64,000 nt of DNA from an uncultured Chloroflexia bacterium (GTDB lineage: Bacteria; Chloroflexota; Limnocylindria; Limnocylindrales; CSP1-4). A program made the position numbers and the translations under genes. A model generated the notes under the pieces. The model worked only from the letters and a program-made list of their open reading frames with translations. It was not told where the DNA came from and ran no database searches. Numbering within the stretch: the first letter of the stretch is position 1; every line of letters begins with the position of its first letter. This document shows positions 42,595 to 52,342 of the stretch, one piece after another. Location: contig CAVURB010000003.1 in the NCBI GenBank assembly GCA_963743815.1, positions 681,504-745,503 of the forward strand, given 5' to 3'.

Positions 42595-43259
42595 CCGTCG
42601 TCGTGCTGCTGGGTGCCCCTGGGGCCGGGAAAGGAACCCAGGCGGACATCCTCGCCGGGATCCTCGGCGTGCCCCACGTCGCGACGGGCGACCTCTTCCG
42701 CGCCGCTGTCCGTGACGGATCGCCGGTCGGGCCTCGAGGCGCGCCGGTACATGGAACGCGGCCAGCTCGTGCCCGACGAAACCACGATCAAGATGCTCCT
42801 CGAGCGAATCGAGCGACGCGATGCCACGAGTGGCGTCATCCTCGACGGCTTCCCGCGCAACCGGGCCCAGGCGGAAGCCCTCGATGCCGCCCTGGCGGGG
42901 CGTAGGTTCGAGCGTGGACCATGCCGTGAGCATCGAGGTGCCGTCCGACGAGCTCGTGCGACGCCTGTCGGGCCGCTGGATCTGCCAGGACGCCGGGCAC
43001 GTGTACAACGAGACCGCCAACCCGCCACGCGTGGCCGGCCGATGCGACCTCGACGGGTCGGCACTGATCCAGCGCGACGACGACAGGGCCGAGACCATCC
43101 GCGCGCGCCTGGCCATCCAGCTGTCGAGCCTCCGCGACGTCGTGACCTACTACCGGACCACGCGGTGTCCTCCATCACGTCGATGGCGTCGCCCCCGTCG
43201 AGACGGTCACGGCCGCGATCCTCGCCGCCCTGTCCGACGATCCCGTGGTGGCGGGCTGA
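42591..43259 (+). pseudogene. adk: Adenylate kinase, tandem copy 2; three frame breaks (about 42731, 42903, 43165)
   Basis: [47 protein letters not shown], then LEARRYMERGQLVPDETTIKMLLERIERRDATSGVILDGFPRNRAQAEALDAALAG, then SSVDHAVSIEVPSDELVRRLSGRWICQDAGHVYNETANPPRVAGRCDLDGSALIQRDDDRAETIRARLAIQLSSLRDVVTYYRTT, then GVLHHVDGVAPVETVTAAILAALSDDPVVAG*. The ATG overlaps the copy-1 TGA. Confidence 0.85.
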
Positions 43260-43261
43260 CC

Positions 43262-44028
43262 ATGGTCACGAGGAAGTCCCGCGCCGAGATCGAGAAGATG
43301 CGCCAGGCCGGCCGGGTCGTGGCCGAGGTCCTCGCGCTCGTGGAGCAGGAACTGCAGCCCGGCGTCTCCACCGGCCACCTCGACCGTCTCGCCGAGGCGC
43401 ACATCCGCGCGGCGGGCGCGACCCCGTCGTTCAAGGGCTATCCGGGCATCAACCCGCGCCGGCCGTTCCCGGCCAGCATCTGCATCAGCATCGATGACGA
43501 GATCGTCCACGGGATCCCGGGCGAGCGGACGATCCGGGCCGGCCAGGTCGTGTCCATCGATGCCGGCGCCATCGTGGACGGGTGGCATGGTGATGCGCGC
43601 GCGCACCTTCTACGTCGGGACCCCGCCACCGGAAGTCGCCGACCTGATCGAGACGACCCGGGCGGCCATGATGGCCGGGATCGCGGCGGCGATCCCGGGC
43701 AATCACATCGAGGACATCTCCGCAGCCGTCGAGGCCGTCGCCGCACCCGCATGGGTACGGGATCATCCGCCAGTTCGTCGGGCACGGGATCGGCACCGAG
43801 ATGCACGAGGAGCCGAATGTCCCCAACTTCCGGACGGGGCGTCGCGGCCGCAAGCTGGAGCCGGGACTCTGCCTGGCCATCGAGCCGATGTTCACGCTCG
43901 GGCGTCACGAGGCGCACGTCCTCGCGGACGACTGGACGGTCTCGACCGTGGACGGCTCGCTGGCCGCCCATTTCGAGCACTCGATCGCCATCACCGAGCA
44001 GGGCCCGGAGATCCTGACCACGATCTGA
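43262..44028 (+). pseudogene. map: Methionine aminopeptidase type I; two frame breaks (about 43597 in a (GC)n run, about 43747 in a ccc run)
   Basis: MVTRKSRAEIEKMRQAGRVVAEVL...ISIDDEIVHGIPG...SIDAGAIVDGWHGDA, then RTFYVGTPPPEVADLIETTRAAMMAGIAAAIPGNHIEDISAAVEAVAA, then HGYGIIRQFVGHGIGTEMHEEPNVPNF...AHFEHSIAITEQGPEILT. Confidence 0.88.
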
Positions 44029-44138
44029 CCGGGTCGAGCCCGGTGGTTGCCGGGAACGGCGAGTTTTGATACGCTACGCGTTCGTGTGTCGGTCCGCCCG
44101 GGCCGACACTGCGCGTGAGAAAGGGAAGCACACAGCCT

Positions 44139-44357
44139 GTGGCCAAGAAGGACGCGATCGAAGTCGAAGGAACGGTCATCGAACCGCTCCCCAACACCAT
44201 GTTCGCGGTCGAATTGGAGAACGGCCACCGGGTGCTCGCCCACATCAGCGGGAAGCTGCGGATGAACTTCATCCGGATCCTCCCCGGTGACCGCGTCCGC
44301 GTCGAGTTGTCGCCGTACGACCTGACCCGCGGTCGCATCACGTACCGATTGAAGTAA
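44139..44357 (+). CDS. infA: Translation initiation factor IF-1 (GTG start; the ORF-track start at 44115 is less likely)
   Basis: [72 protein letters not shown], giving the canonical 72 aa. Confidence 0.93.
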   Translation: MAKKDAIEVEGTVIEPLPNTMFAVELENGHRVLAHISGKLRMNFIRILPGDRVRVELSPYDLTRGRITYRLK

Positions 44358-44392
44358 CGAACAGTCATCACACGAGCACGATCGAGGATCCG

Positions 44393-44506
44393 TTGAAGGT
44401 CAGAGCTTCCGTCAAGGCGCGCTGCGACAACTGCAAGGTCATCCGTCGCCACGGCACCGTGATGGTCATCTGCAGCAATCCCAAGCACAAGCAGCGGCAG
44501 GGGTAA
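44393..44506 (+). CDS. rpmJ: 50S ribosomal protein L36 (zinc-binding form), TTG start; below the ORF-track length cutoff
   Basis: My translation: (M)[39 protein letters not shown]-like gagga upstream. Confidence 0.9.
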   Translation: MKVRASVKARCDNCKVIRRHGTVMVICSNPKHKQRQG

Positions 44507-44509
44507 CCG

Positions 44510-44881
44510 ATGGCACGCATCGCCGGTGTCGACATCCCGCGTGAGAAGCGCGTCGAGGTCGCCCTCACGTACGTCTATGGTCTCGGGTTGCCCACCAGCC
44601 AGAAGATCCTCGCCCAGACCAACATCAATCCGGACACCCGTGTCCGCGACCTCACCGAGGAGCAGGTCAACCGCCTGCGCGAGCTCATCGACCGGCGCTA
44701 CAAGGTCGAAGGCGACCTGCGCCGCGAGACGGCGCTGAACATCAAGCGCCTCATCGAGATCGGCTCGTATCGCGGCCTCCGCCATCGGCGCAACCTGCCG
44801 GTGCGTGGTCAGCGGACCAAGACGAACGCTCGCCAGCGTCGCGGACCGAAGAAGACGGTCGGCGTCCGGCGCAAGAAGTGA
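44510..44881 (+). CDS. rpsM: 30S ribosomal protein S13
   Basis: [26 protein letters not shown]... Confidence 0.97.
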   Translation: MARIAGVDIPREKRVEVALTYVYGLGLPTSQKILAQTNINPDTRVRDLTEEQVNRLRELIDRRYKVEGDLRRETALNIKRLIEIGSYRGLRHRRNLPVRGQRTKTNARQRRGPKKTVGVRRKK

Positions 44882-44898
44882 CGAGGGACTGACCAGGC

Positions 44899-45294
44899 AT
44901 GGCGGAACGCAAGCGAGCGGTCAAGACGCGTCGGCGGGAGAAGAAGAACGTGCCCCAGGGACACGTTCACATCCAGGCCACGTTCAACAACACGATCATC
45001 ACGATCACGGACCTCAACGGTGCGGTCATCTCGTGGGGCTCGGCCGGTGTGGCCGGGTTCAAGGGATCTCGCAAGAGCACGCCGTACGCGGCTGCGCTCT
45101 CCGCTGACGGCGCGGCCAAGCGTGCGATGGAGCACGGGATGCGCCAGGTCGAGGTCTACGTGAAGGGTCCGGGCGCCGGCCGCGAGCAGGCGATCCGTTC
45201 GCTCCAGGCCGCGGGCCTCGAGGTCAGCGCCATCACCGACGTCACGCCCATCCCCCACAACGGTTGCCGCCCGCCCAAGCGGCGCCGCGTCTGA
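44899..45294 (+). CDS. rpsK: 30S ribosomal protein S11
   Basis: ...[30 protein letters not shown]... Confidence 0.97.
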   Translation: MAERKRAVKTRRREKKNVPQGHVHIQATFNNTIITITDLNGAVISWGSAGVAGFKGSRKSTPYAAALSADGAAKRAMEHGMRQVEVYVKGPGAGREQAIRSLQAAGLEVSAITDVTPIPHNGCRPPKRRRV

Positions 45295-45308
45295 GAGCCT
45301 GAGGCACC

Positions 45309-45935
45309 ATGGCCCGCTACACCGAATCCGTCTGCCGCATCTGTCGGCGGGAAGGCGCCAAGCTCTACCTGAAGGGCTCGCGCTGCTATACCAAGAAGTG
45401 CGCCTTCGAGCGCCGACCCTCGCCTCCCGGCCAGCACGGCGTCCGTCGTCGCAAGGTGGGCGACTACGGGCTTCAGCTTCGTGAGAAGCAGAAGGTCCGC
45501 AAGAGCTACGGCGTCCTCGAGCGGCAGTTCCGCAACTACTTCATCGCTGCGGAGAACCGTCCCGGGGTGACCGGCGAGAACCTGCTTCGTTCGCTCGAGC
45601 TGCGGATGGACAACGTCGTGTTTCGGATGGGCTTCGCCCCGTCGCGAGCCGCGGCACGCCAGCTCGTCACGCACGGTCACTTCGCCGTGAACGGCGTTCC
45701 CAGCGACATCCCCTCGTACCAGCTCAAGCCCGGCGACAAGGTGGAAGTCCGCGAGATCCGCCGGGGCCGCGAGCCGTTCAAGGTGGCGAAGGAGACCCTC
45801 CGCAACCACCAGGCACCCGAATGGCTGTCCATCGACGCCGCGACCCTGACCGGGTCCATCGTCTCCCCGCCCAGCCGCGACCAGATGCCGCTCGACCTCA
45901 ACGAGCAGCTCGTGGTCGAGTACTACTCGAGGTAA
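45309..45935 (+). CDS. rpsD: 30S ribosomal protein S4 (Cys-rich N-terminus)
   Basis: MARYTESVCRICRREGAKLYLKGSRCYTKKCAFERR... Confidence 0.96.
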   Translation: MARYTESVCRICRREGAKLYLKGSRCYTKKCAFERRPSPPGQHGVRRRKVGDYGLQLREKQKVRKSYGVLERQFRNYFIAAENRPGVTGENLLRSLELRMDNVVFRMGFAPSRAAARQLVTHGHFAVNGVPSDIPSYQLKPGDKVEVREIRRGREPFKVAKETLRNHQAPEWLSIDAATLTGSIVSPPSRDQMPLDLNEQLVVEYYSR

Positions 45936-45945
45936 CCGCACCCTC

Positions 45946-46935
45946 ATGATCGAACTCGAGAACCCGCAGATCGAGCCTGTCGAGGAAGCCGGCACGTACG
46001 CCAAGTACGAGGCAGGTCCGCTCCAGGCCGGCTACGGCGTCACCCTCGGCAACGCGCTCCGGCGCGTGCTCCTCTCGTCGCTCGAGGGCGCCGCGGTCAC
46101 CAGCATCCAGATCCGCGACGTGTACCAGGAGTTCTCCACGATCCCCGGCGTCAAGGAAGACGTGACCCAGATCGTGCTGAACGTCAAGAAGCTGCGCCTC
46201 AAGAGCTTCGCGACCCACCCGGTGCAGCTTCGGCTGATCAAGTCCGGCGCCGGCGCCGTCACGGCCGCAGACATCGCGGAGTCCGCCGATGTCGAGATCA
46301 TCAACCCGGACCTCGTCCTGATGACCCTCGACACCGACGACGTGACGATCGAGATGGACCTTACGGTGGAGCGTGGCGTCGGCTACCTGGGCGCCGAGCG
46401 CGCCGAGGCGCTGCCGATCGGTGTCATCGCGGTCGACGCGATCTTCACCCCGGTCCGCAAGATCAACTACTGGGTGGAGAGCATGCGAGTCGGTCAGATG
46501 ACCAACTTCGACAAGCTCACCATCGAGATCGAGACGGACGGCACCATCGGCCCTGAAGAGGCGCTGAGCCGCTCCGCCGAGATCCTCGTGAACCAGTTCC
46601 GCCCGTTCGTCACGATCGGCATGGCGCCGATCCCGGCGGTCCCGGTGACGGGCGTCGCGGCCCTGCCGCCCAACATGCTCGACATGCCCATCGAGGAGCT
46701 CGACCTCCCGATGCGCGCGTATAACTCGCTCAAGCGCAACAACATCGTCAAGGTGGGGCAGCTGCTCCAGCTCAAGGACGACGACCTGCTGCGCATGCGC
46801 AACTTCGGCAAGAAGTCCCTCGACGAGATGAAGGAGCGACTGCGCATGCGCGGCTTCATCGTCCCGGAGACGGAGACCGACGGCCTCGACGATCTCGACG
46901 GTGACGAGCCGTTCGAGGACGAGACCGAGGAGTAG
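45946..46935 (+). CDS. rpoA: DNA-directed RNA polymerase subunit alpha
   Basis: 329 aa. ...GYGVTLGNALRRVLLSSLEGAAVT... and C-terminal domain ELDLPMRAYNSLKRNNIVKVGQLL. Confidence 0.97.
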   Translation: MIELENPQIEPVEEAGTYAKYEAGPLQAGYGVTLGNALRRVLLSSLEGAAVTSIQIRDVYQEFSTIPGVKEDVTQIVLNVKKLRLKSFATHPVQLRLIKSGAGAVTAADIAESADVEIINPDLVLMTLDTDDVTIEMDLTVERGVGYLGAERAEALPIGVIAVDAIFTPVRKINYWVESMRVGQMTNFDKLTIEIETDGTIGPEEALSRSAEILVNQFRPFVTIGMAPIPAVPVTGVAALPPNMLDMPIEELDLPMRAYNSLKRNNIVKVGQLLQLKDDDLLRMRNFGKKSLDEMKERLRMRGFIVPETETDGLDDLDGDEPFEDETEE

Positions 46936-46938
46936 TCG

Positions 46939-47292
46939 GTGGCGCATCGGATCGGTGGTCGCAAGCTCAGCCGGAAGCAGGGCCCGCGTCTCAGCCTCTA
47001 CAAGAACCTGACCGTGTCGATCATCCGCTACGAGCGCGTCAAGACGACCGAGGCGAAGGCCAAGGAGATCTCGGGCCGCGTCGAGAAGATGATCACGCTG
47101 GCCAAGCGCGGCGACCTCGCCGCGCGACGCGCCGTCGTGGCGCAGTTCCCCAACGAGCCGCTCGTCGTCAACAAGCTGTTCGACGAGATCGCGCCCAAGT
47201 ACGCGGACCGCTCGTCCGGGTTCACCCGGATCGTGAAGATCGGCCAGCGTCGTGGTGACGCGGCCGAGATCGTGCAGATCGAACTGGTCTGA
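46939..47292 (+). CDS. rplQ: 50S ribosomal protein L17
   Basis: MAHRIGGRKLSRKQGPRLSLYKNL...GFTRIVKIGQRRGDAAE. Confidence 0.95.
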   Translation: MAHRIGGRKLSRKQGPRLSLYKNLTVSIIRYERVKTTEAKAKEISGRVEKMITLAKRGDLAARRAVVAQFPNEPLVVNKLFDEIAPKYADRSSGFTRIVKIGQRRGDAAEIVQIELV

Positions 47293-47298
47293 TAGCAG

Positions 47299-48087
47299 AT
47301 GCCCGAGAGGGTGTCCCCGCAGCGATTTCGCGCTCGGGTCGAATACGACGGCACGGACTTCGCCGGCTTCCAGGTCAATCCTGGGAAACGGACGGTCCAA
47401 GGGGTCCTGGAGGACGCGCTGGCCAGTCTCGACAACGAGTCGGGCGGGCGGGTCGACGGGGCCGGACGCACGGATGCCGGGGTCCACGCCACGGGGCAGG
47501 TCATCGCCTTCTCCTATGACGGACGACTCACGGCGGCAGAGCTGGGCAGGGCGCTCGATGCGCGCCTCCCCGGGGACGTGACCATCCGAGGATTGCGCCG
47601 GGCACCGACAGCCTTCCACCCCCGCCATGCGGCGCGGTACCGGGAATACCGCTACACCGTTTGGAACGGGCCGCGCAGTCCGCTTCGCGAGCGAACGGCG
47701 CTCGGGGTACGGATCCCGCTCGACACTGCCGCGATGGCACGGGTCGGGTCGGTCTTCATCGGCCGGCACGATTTCAGCGCCTTCGGGGCAACGGACCGCT
47801 CGCCGGTCCGGACCGTCATGGCGGTCCGGGTCCGCCGGGAGGGTCGGGTCGTGACGATCGACGTCCGGGCCGACGCCTTCCTTCGCGGGATGGTCCGCCG
47901 GATGGTGGCCAGCCTCCTGGAGGCGGGCCTTGGCAAGATGGATGAGGAAACGGTCCGCTCGGCACTCGCCGGTGGCGGACCGGCCTTCGACGGAGCAGCC
48001 GCTCCAGCGAAGGGCCTGTGCCTCCGGCGCGTCGCCTTCGGGCGCGTGACCGGCGGCCAATCGAACGGAGCAAACGAGGAACGATGA
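47299..48087 (+). CDS. truA: tRNA pseudouridine(38-40) synthase TruA
   Basis: RARVEYDGTDFAGFQVNPG...GAGRTDAGVHATGQVIAF...GRHDFSAF. Confidence 0.92.
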   Translation: MPERVSPQRFRARVEYDGTDFAGFQVNPGKRTVQGVLEDALASLDNESGGRVDGAGRTDAGVHATGQVIAFSYDGRLTAAELGRALDARLPGDVTIRGLRRAPTAFHPRHAARYREYRYTVWNGPRSPLRERTALGVRIPLDTAAMARVGSVFIGRHDFSAFGATDRSPVRTVMAVRVRREGRVVTIDVRADAFLRGMVRRMVASLLEAGLGKMDEETVRSALAGGGPAFDGAAAPAKGLCLRRVAFGRVTGGQSNGANEER

Positions 48088-48515
48088 ACGCGAAGACCTA
48101 CACGGTCCGGGAGAGCGAGATCGAGCGACGCTGGTACGTCGTCGATGCGACGGACGAGACGCTCGGCCGCCTCGCCTCGCGCATCGCGCGCGTCCTCGAG
48201 GGCAAGCACAAGCCGACCTACCAGCCCAACCTGGACTCGGGCGACCACGTGATCGTCCTCAACGCCTCGCGCATCTCGGTCACCCGTGACAAGCTCGAGA
48301 GCAAGATCTACGCCCGCCACAGCGGCTACCCGAAAGGGTTCAAGGAGGAGACCCTGGGTCACCTCCTGGCCCGCCGGCCGGAGGAGGTCATCCGCCGCGC
48401 CGTCAAGGGGATGCTGCCGCACAACCGGCTCGGCACCCAGCAGCTGCGCAAGCTGAAGGTCTACGCCGGTACCGACCACCCGCATCAGGCCCAGCGGCCT
48501 GAGCCGCTCGCCTGA
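48084..48515 (+). CDS. rplM: 50S ribosomal protein L13
   Basis: [46 protein letters not shown]. The ATG overlaps the truA TGA. Confidence 0.96.
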   Translation: MNAKTYTVRESEIERRWYVVDATDETLGRLASRIARVLEGKHKPTYQPNLDSGDHVIVLNASRISVTRDKLESKIYARHSGYPKGFKEETLGHLLARRPEEVIRRAVKGMLPHNRLGTQQLRKLKVYAGTDHPHQAQRPEPLA

Positions 48516-48532
48516 CGAGGAGTCGATCTGCT

Positions 48533-48931
48533 ATGACGTCCCCTGCCTTCTTCTCCGGGACCGGTCGCCGCAAGACGGCGATCGCCCGCGTCCGGCTCTT
48601 GCCGGGCGAGGGTGAGATCGTGGTCAACGGCCGCACCCTCGATGAGCATTTCGGGAATGCGGTCAACGAGACCGAAGTCCGCATGCCCTTCCGGGTGACC
48701 GGCACCGAGGGCCGCTTCAACGCCATGATCAAGGTGGAGGGTGGCGGCGTCACCGGCCAGGCCGGCGCCATCCGCCATGGCATCGCTCGGGCACTCCTCG
48801 AGGTGGACCCCGACGCGAACCGCGTGCCGCTGCGCCAGGCCGGTCTCCTCACGCGCGATCCGCGCATGAAGGAACGCAAGAAGTACGGCCTGAAGCGTGC
48901 GCGAAAGGCCCCTCAGTACACGAAGCGTTAG
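48533..48931 (+). CDS. rpsI: 30S ribosomal protein S9
   Basis: ...[19 protein letters not shown]...[19 protein letters not shown]...[17 protein letters not shown]. Confidence 0.97.
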   Translation: MTSPAFFSGTGRRKTAIARVRLLPGEGEIVVNGRTLDEHFGNAVNETEVRMPFRVTGTEGRFNAMIKVEGGGVTGQAGAIRHGIARALLEVDPDANRVPLRQAGLLTRDPRMKERKKYGLKRARKAPQYTKR

Positions 48932-49108
48932 CCGACGGCGCCGGCCTGGGACGCCCATGGGTGCGTTGGCCGCTCCGCGCACTGCGAAGCCGCTCTGCAC
49001 CGCCGGGTGCACTCGCTCCCGTGCTCGCATCCGCCTTCCCATGACCGCCCCAGCTCCGGCGCAAGGCAGTTCGCTACCGGCACCGTCTCACGCTGACGAC
49101 ATAGCGCG

Positions 49109-49396
49109 ATGGAGTTCACGTTTCCGAGCGAGATCATCTGGTGGCGGGGGCCGGCGCCGTATCACTACGCGGCGATGCCGGCGGACGACGCCCGGGAGCT
49201 GCGCAAGGTGGCGAGCCAGGTGACATATGGATGGGGCTGCATCCCCGTTCGGGCGACGATCGGCGCGACCGAGTTCACGACGTCGCTGTTCCCCAAGGAC
49301 GGCGGCTACCTGTTGCCCATCAAGGACGCCGTCCGCAAGGCCGAAGGTCTGGCCCTCGGAGACGGGGTCCTCGTCCACATGACGGTCGGTCGCTGA
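49109..49396 (+). CDS. Small conserved protein, DUF1905-like
   Basis: 95 aa. WWRGPAPYHYAAMP...GWGCIPVRATIGATEFTTSLFPKDGGYLLPIKDAVRKAEGLALGDGVLV matches my recollection of the DUF1905 pattern. Not searched. Confidence 0.6.
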   Translation: MEFTFPSEIIWWRGPAPYHYAAMPADDARELRKVASQVTYGWGCIPVRATIGATEFTTSLFPKDGGYLLPIKDAVRKAEGLALGDGVLVHMTVGR

Positions 49397-49415
49397 GACC
49401 GCTACCGTTGGCCAC

Positions 49416-50360
49416 ATGACCGATCTGCGTGGCCGCGACCTGCTCAGCGCGGCCGACCTGTCCGCGGCCGAGATCCTGCGCGTCTTCGCGACCGCGGAGC
49501 GGCTCAAGGCCGAATTCCGGGCGACGCGGCGGCATGCGGCCCCGCCGCTCGTCGGGCGAACGCTGGCGATGCTCTTCCAGAAGCCGAGTCTGCGGACTCG
49601 GGTGACGTTCGAGGCCGGCATGGCCCAGCTGGGCGGCACGGCCATCTACCTGCCGGAGGACACCGTGATGGGCGCGCGCGAGGCCGTCCGTGACGTCGCG
49701 CACAACCTGGAGCGGTTCGTGGACGCGATCGTCGCCCGGACCGGGCCGCACGAGGTCGTGGTCGAGTTGGCGGCGCAAGCGTCGATCCCCATCATCAACG
49801 GCCTGACCCTCCGCGAGCACCCATGCCAGGCGCTTGCCGATGTCTTCACGATCCGTGAACGGCTCGGTGGTTCGCTCGAGGACGCCGTGGTGACATTCGT
49901 CGGGGACGGCAACAACGTCTACCACTCGTTGGCACTGACCGGGGCCAGCCTCGGGATGGAGGTCCGGCTGGCGCATCCCCCCCGCTACGCACCGGATGCC
50001 ACGATCGTGGCCCGTGCCCAGGAACTCGCGCGCGGATCCGGGGGCCGGCTCGTCTTCGATGAGGATCCCGTCGCACTCGTGCGCGGGGCCGCCTTCGTGT
50101 ACACGGACGCCTGGACATCGATGGGCCAGGAAGTGGAGACCGAGGCCCGTCGCGATGCGTTCGCCCGGTACCGCGTTGACGACGCGCTCCTGGATGCCGC
50201 CGGCCCCGGCGTGATGGCGATGCATTGTCTGCCTGCGCACCGAGGCGAGGAGATCACGTCGGCCGTCATGGACGGCGAGCGGAGCCTGATCTTCGAGCAA
50301 TCGGAGAACCGCCTCCACGTCCAGAAGGCGCTGCTGGTCGAGCTCCTGGGGGATGCCTGA
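49416..50360 (+). CDS. argF: Ornithine carbamoyltransferase
   Basis: FQKPSLRTRVTFEAG, HPCQALAD, DAWTSMGQE, HCLPAHRGEE. Confidence 0.93.
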   Translation: MTDLRGRDLLSAADLSAAEILRVFATAERLKAEFRATRRHAAPPLVGRTLAMLFQKPSLRTRVTFEAGMAQLGGTAIYLPEDTVMGAREAVRDVAHNLERFVDAIVARTGPHEVVVELAAQASIPIINGLTLREHPCQALADVFTIRERLGGSLEDAVVTFVGDGNNVYHSLALTGASLGMEVRLAHPPRYAPDATIVARAQELARGSGGRLVFDEDPVALVRGAAFVYTDAWTSMGQEVETEARRDAFARYRVDDALLDAAGPGVMAMHCLPAHRGEEITSAVMDGERSLIFEQSENRLHVQKALLVELLGDA

Positions 50361-50399
50361 GCACGACCATCGGCCACCCGCCGATGGGTAGAGCGCCCG

Positions 50400-51429
50400 A
50401 TGGCGGTCGCGACGCGCCCGTGGCAGGATGACGCCCCGACGATCGATGCGAGGTTCCCGATGACCGAAGCGCTCTACGAGCGCTACAAGGACGCCCTGCG
50501 CCGTGGCCATGTGGCCGCGCTCCGCGGCCGCCACGATGTGGCGCTCGGTGCGTACGGCGAGGCCTCGCGCCTTGCGCCGGACCGGGCCCTGCCGTTCGTG
50601 GGGATCGCCGGCGTCCTGGCCGGACTCGGGCGGACCTCCGATGCGCTCGTCGCCTACGATGCGGCGCTCGATCGCGGGCCAGCCGATGAAGGGGCCCTGC
50701 GCGGCCGGGCCGATCTGCTCGCATCGACCGGTGACCGGGTCGGAGCCGCCGCATCGCTCGACCGACTCGCCACGGTCCTCGACGAGGCCGGCCGCCTGTC
50801 GGATGCCACCGACGCCGCTCGCCGGGCCCTCGAACTCGCCGAGTCGCGCGGCCGGCGCGACTCCGTCCGGCACCTCGCCGAACGACTTCGACTCGAGACA
50901 CCCGATCCGGCCGCGTCGGAGGCGCTGGCCTCGGCCCTGCGGCTCCTCGCGGGGCCGGCCATGACGCCGCTTGCCGCGGCCGCCGGTCCGCCGACCGTGG
51001 ACGTCTCCACCTCGGACGGTCGCGGACGCGACCGAGCCGGTCGCAGAGCCGGTCGCCGAACCCGTGCCCCCGTTCGATCCTGGGCTCGCGACCGAGCGGG
51101 TCGAGGTCGCCGCGGCGGCGGGCGACCCGTCGGCGACCCTGGAACTCGCGCTCGAGGCCTCGACCGGCCATCGGTTGGGCGGCTGGCAAGCGGCGGCGAT
51201 CGATGCCTGCTATCTCGCGCTGGCCGGCAACCCGGCCGACCCCGCCCTCCACCTCGCCCTCGCCGAGCTGTATCTCGATCGTGGCTGGCGGTCGATCGCG
51301 ACCGAGAAGCTCACCCTGCTGGCTCGACTCTCCGAGTTGACCGGCGACCTCGCGACCCGCGCCCGGATCTGTGAGGTCGCGTCGATCCGGCTGCCCGACG
51401 AACCACGGCTCGCCGCCATCTGCGCCTGA
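50400..51429 (+). pseudogene. TPR-like repeat protein of unknown function; one frame break at about 51000-51030 (alternative start 50460)
   Basis: Helical-repeat N-half (YERYKDALRRGHVAALRGRHDVALGAYGEASRLAPD..., ORF 50400). The C-half continues in the ORF 50971 frame (...AAIDACYLALAGNPADPALHLALAELYLDRGW...) to the stop at 51429. Confidence 0.6.
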
Positions 51430-51481
51430 TGGTCCGCGCGGCGGCGGGGGCGACCGGACGCGATGCTACACTCGCCGGACG

Positions 51482-52342
51482 ATGTCGGAGCTCTTCGGAT
51501 CGGTCCTGGATCAGGTCAGCCTCATCACGCTGGTCGACATCGGGATCACGGCGCTCCTGATCTACTGGCTCTTCAGCCTGATCCGCGGGACCCGGGCCGT
51601 CCGACTGGTCATCGGCGTCAGCGTGCTGATCGTCGTGTACGTGCTCGCCGAGGCCCTCGGCCTGCAGCTCCTCACCCGGATCCTGCAGGGTGGCGCGGTC
51701 GTCGGCCTGTTCGCGCTCGTCGTCATCTTCCAGCCCGAGATCCGCCGTGGCCTGGACCGGATCGGGCGGGTCGGGTCGTTCGCGTGGCTGCTCTCGCCGG
51801 CCGATTCGCGGGTCGTGGACCACGTCGCCGATGAGGTCGCTCGGGCGGCCGCCGACCTCTCCGCCGAGGGGCATGGTGCCCTGATCGTCCTGGAGCGAGA
51901 GACGGGCCTCGAGGAGGTGGCGGAGACCGGCGTGATGATCCACGGCGACGTGTCGGCCGACCTCATCCGGACGATCTTCGCCCCCCGCACGGCGCTCCAC
52001 GACGGCGCCGTGATCATCCGCGGCGACACGATCCTGGCCGCGGGAGCCCTCCTGCCGCTCGCCGAGTCGACCGTCCAGCCAGAACGGTTCGGGACGCGTC
52101 ACCGGGCGGCGCTCGGCATCGCTGAGCAGACCGACGCGGTCGTCGTGGTCGTATCCGAGGAGAACGGACAGATCAGCCTCGTGGATCGATCCCGGATCGT
52201 GCGCAACCTCAACGAGGGCCAGTTGGCCCGTGCCATCCGCAACCTGCTTGATCCCAACCACGGCCGCCGCCGCGGGGCACTCGGCCTGCGGTCACAGGGA
52301 TCCGAGGGCACCTCCACGTCGGCCGCACGGGCGCCGCGGTGA
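51482..52342 (+). CDS. cdaA: Diadenylate cyclase CdaA (membrane-anchored DAC domain)
   Basis: N-terminal TM helices, then ...GHGALIVLERETGL..., ...ALHDGAVIIRGDTILAAGALLPL... and ...FGTRHRAALGIAEQTDAVVVVVSEENGQISL. Confidence 0.92.
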   Translation: MSELFGSVLDQVSLITLVDIGITALLIYWLFSLIRGTRAVRLVIGVSVLIVVYVLAEALGLQLLTRILQGGAVVGLFALVVIFQPEIRRGLDRIGRVGSFAWLLSPADSRVVDHVADEVARAAADLSAEGHGALIVLERETGLEEVAETGVMIHGDVSADLIRTIFAPRTALHDGAVIIRGDTILAAGALLPLAESTVQPERFGTRHRAALGIAEQTDAVVVVVSEENGQISLVDRSRIVRNLNEGQLARAIRNLLDPNHGRRRGALGLRSQGSEGTSTSAARAPR

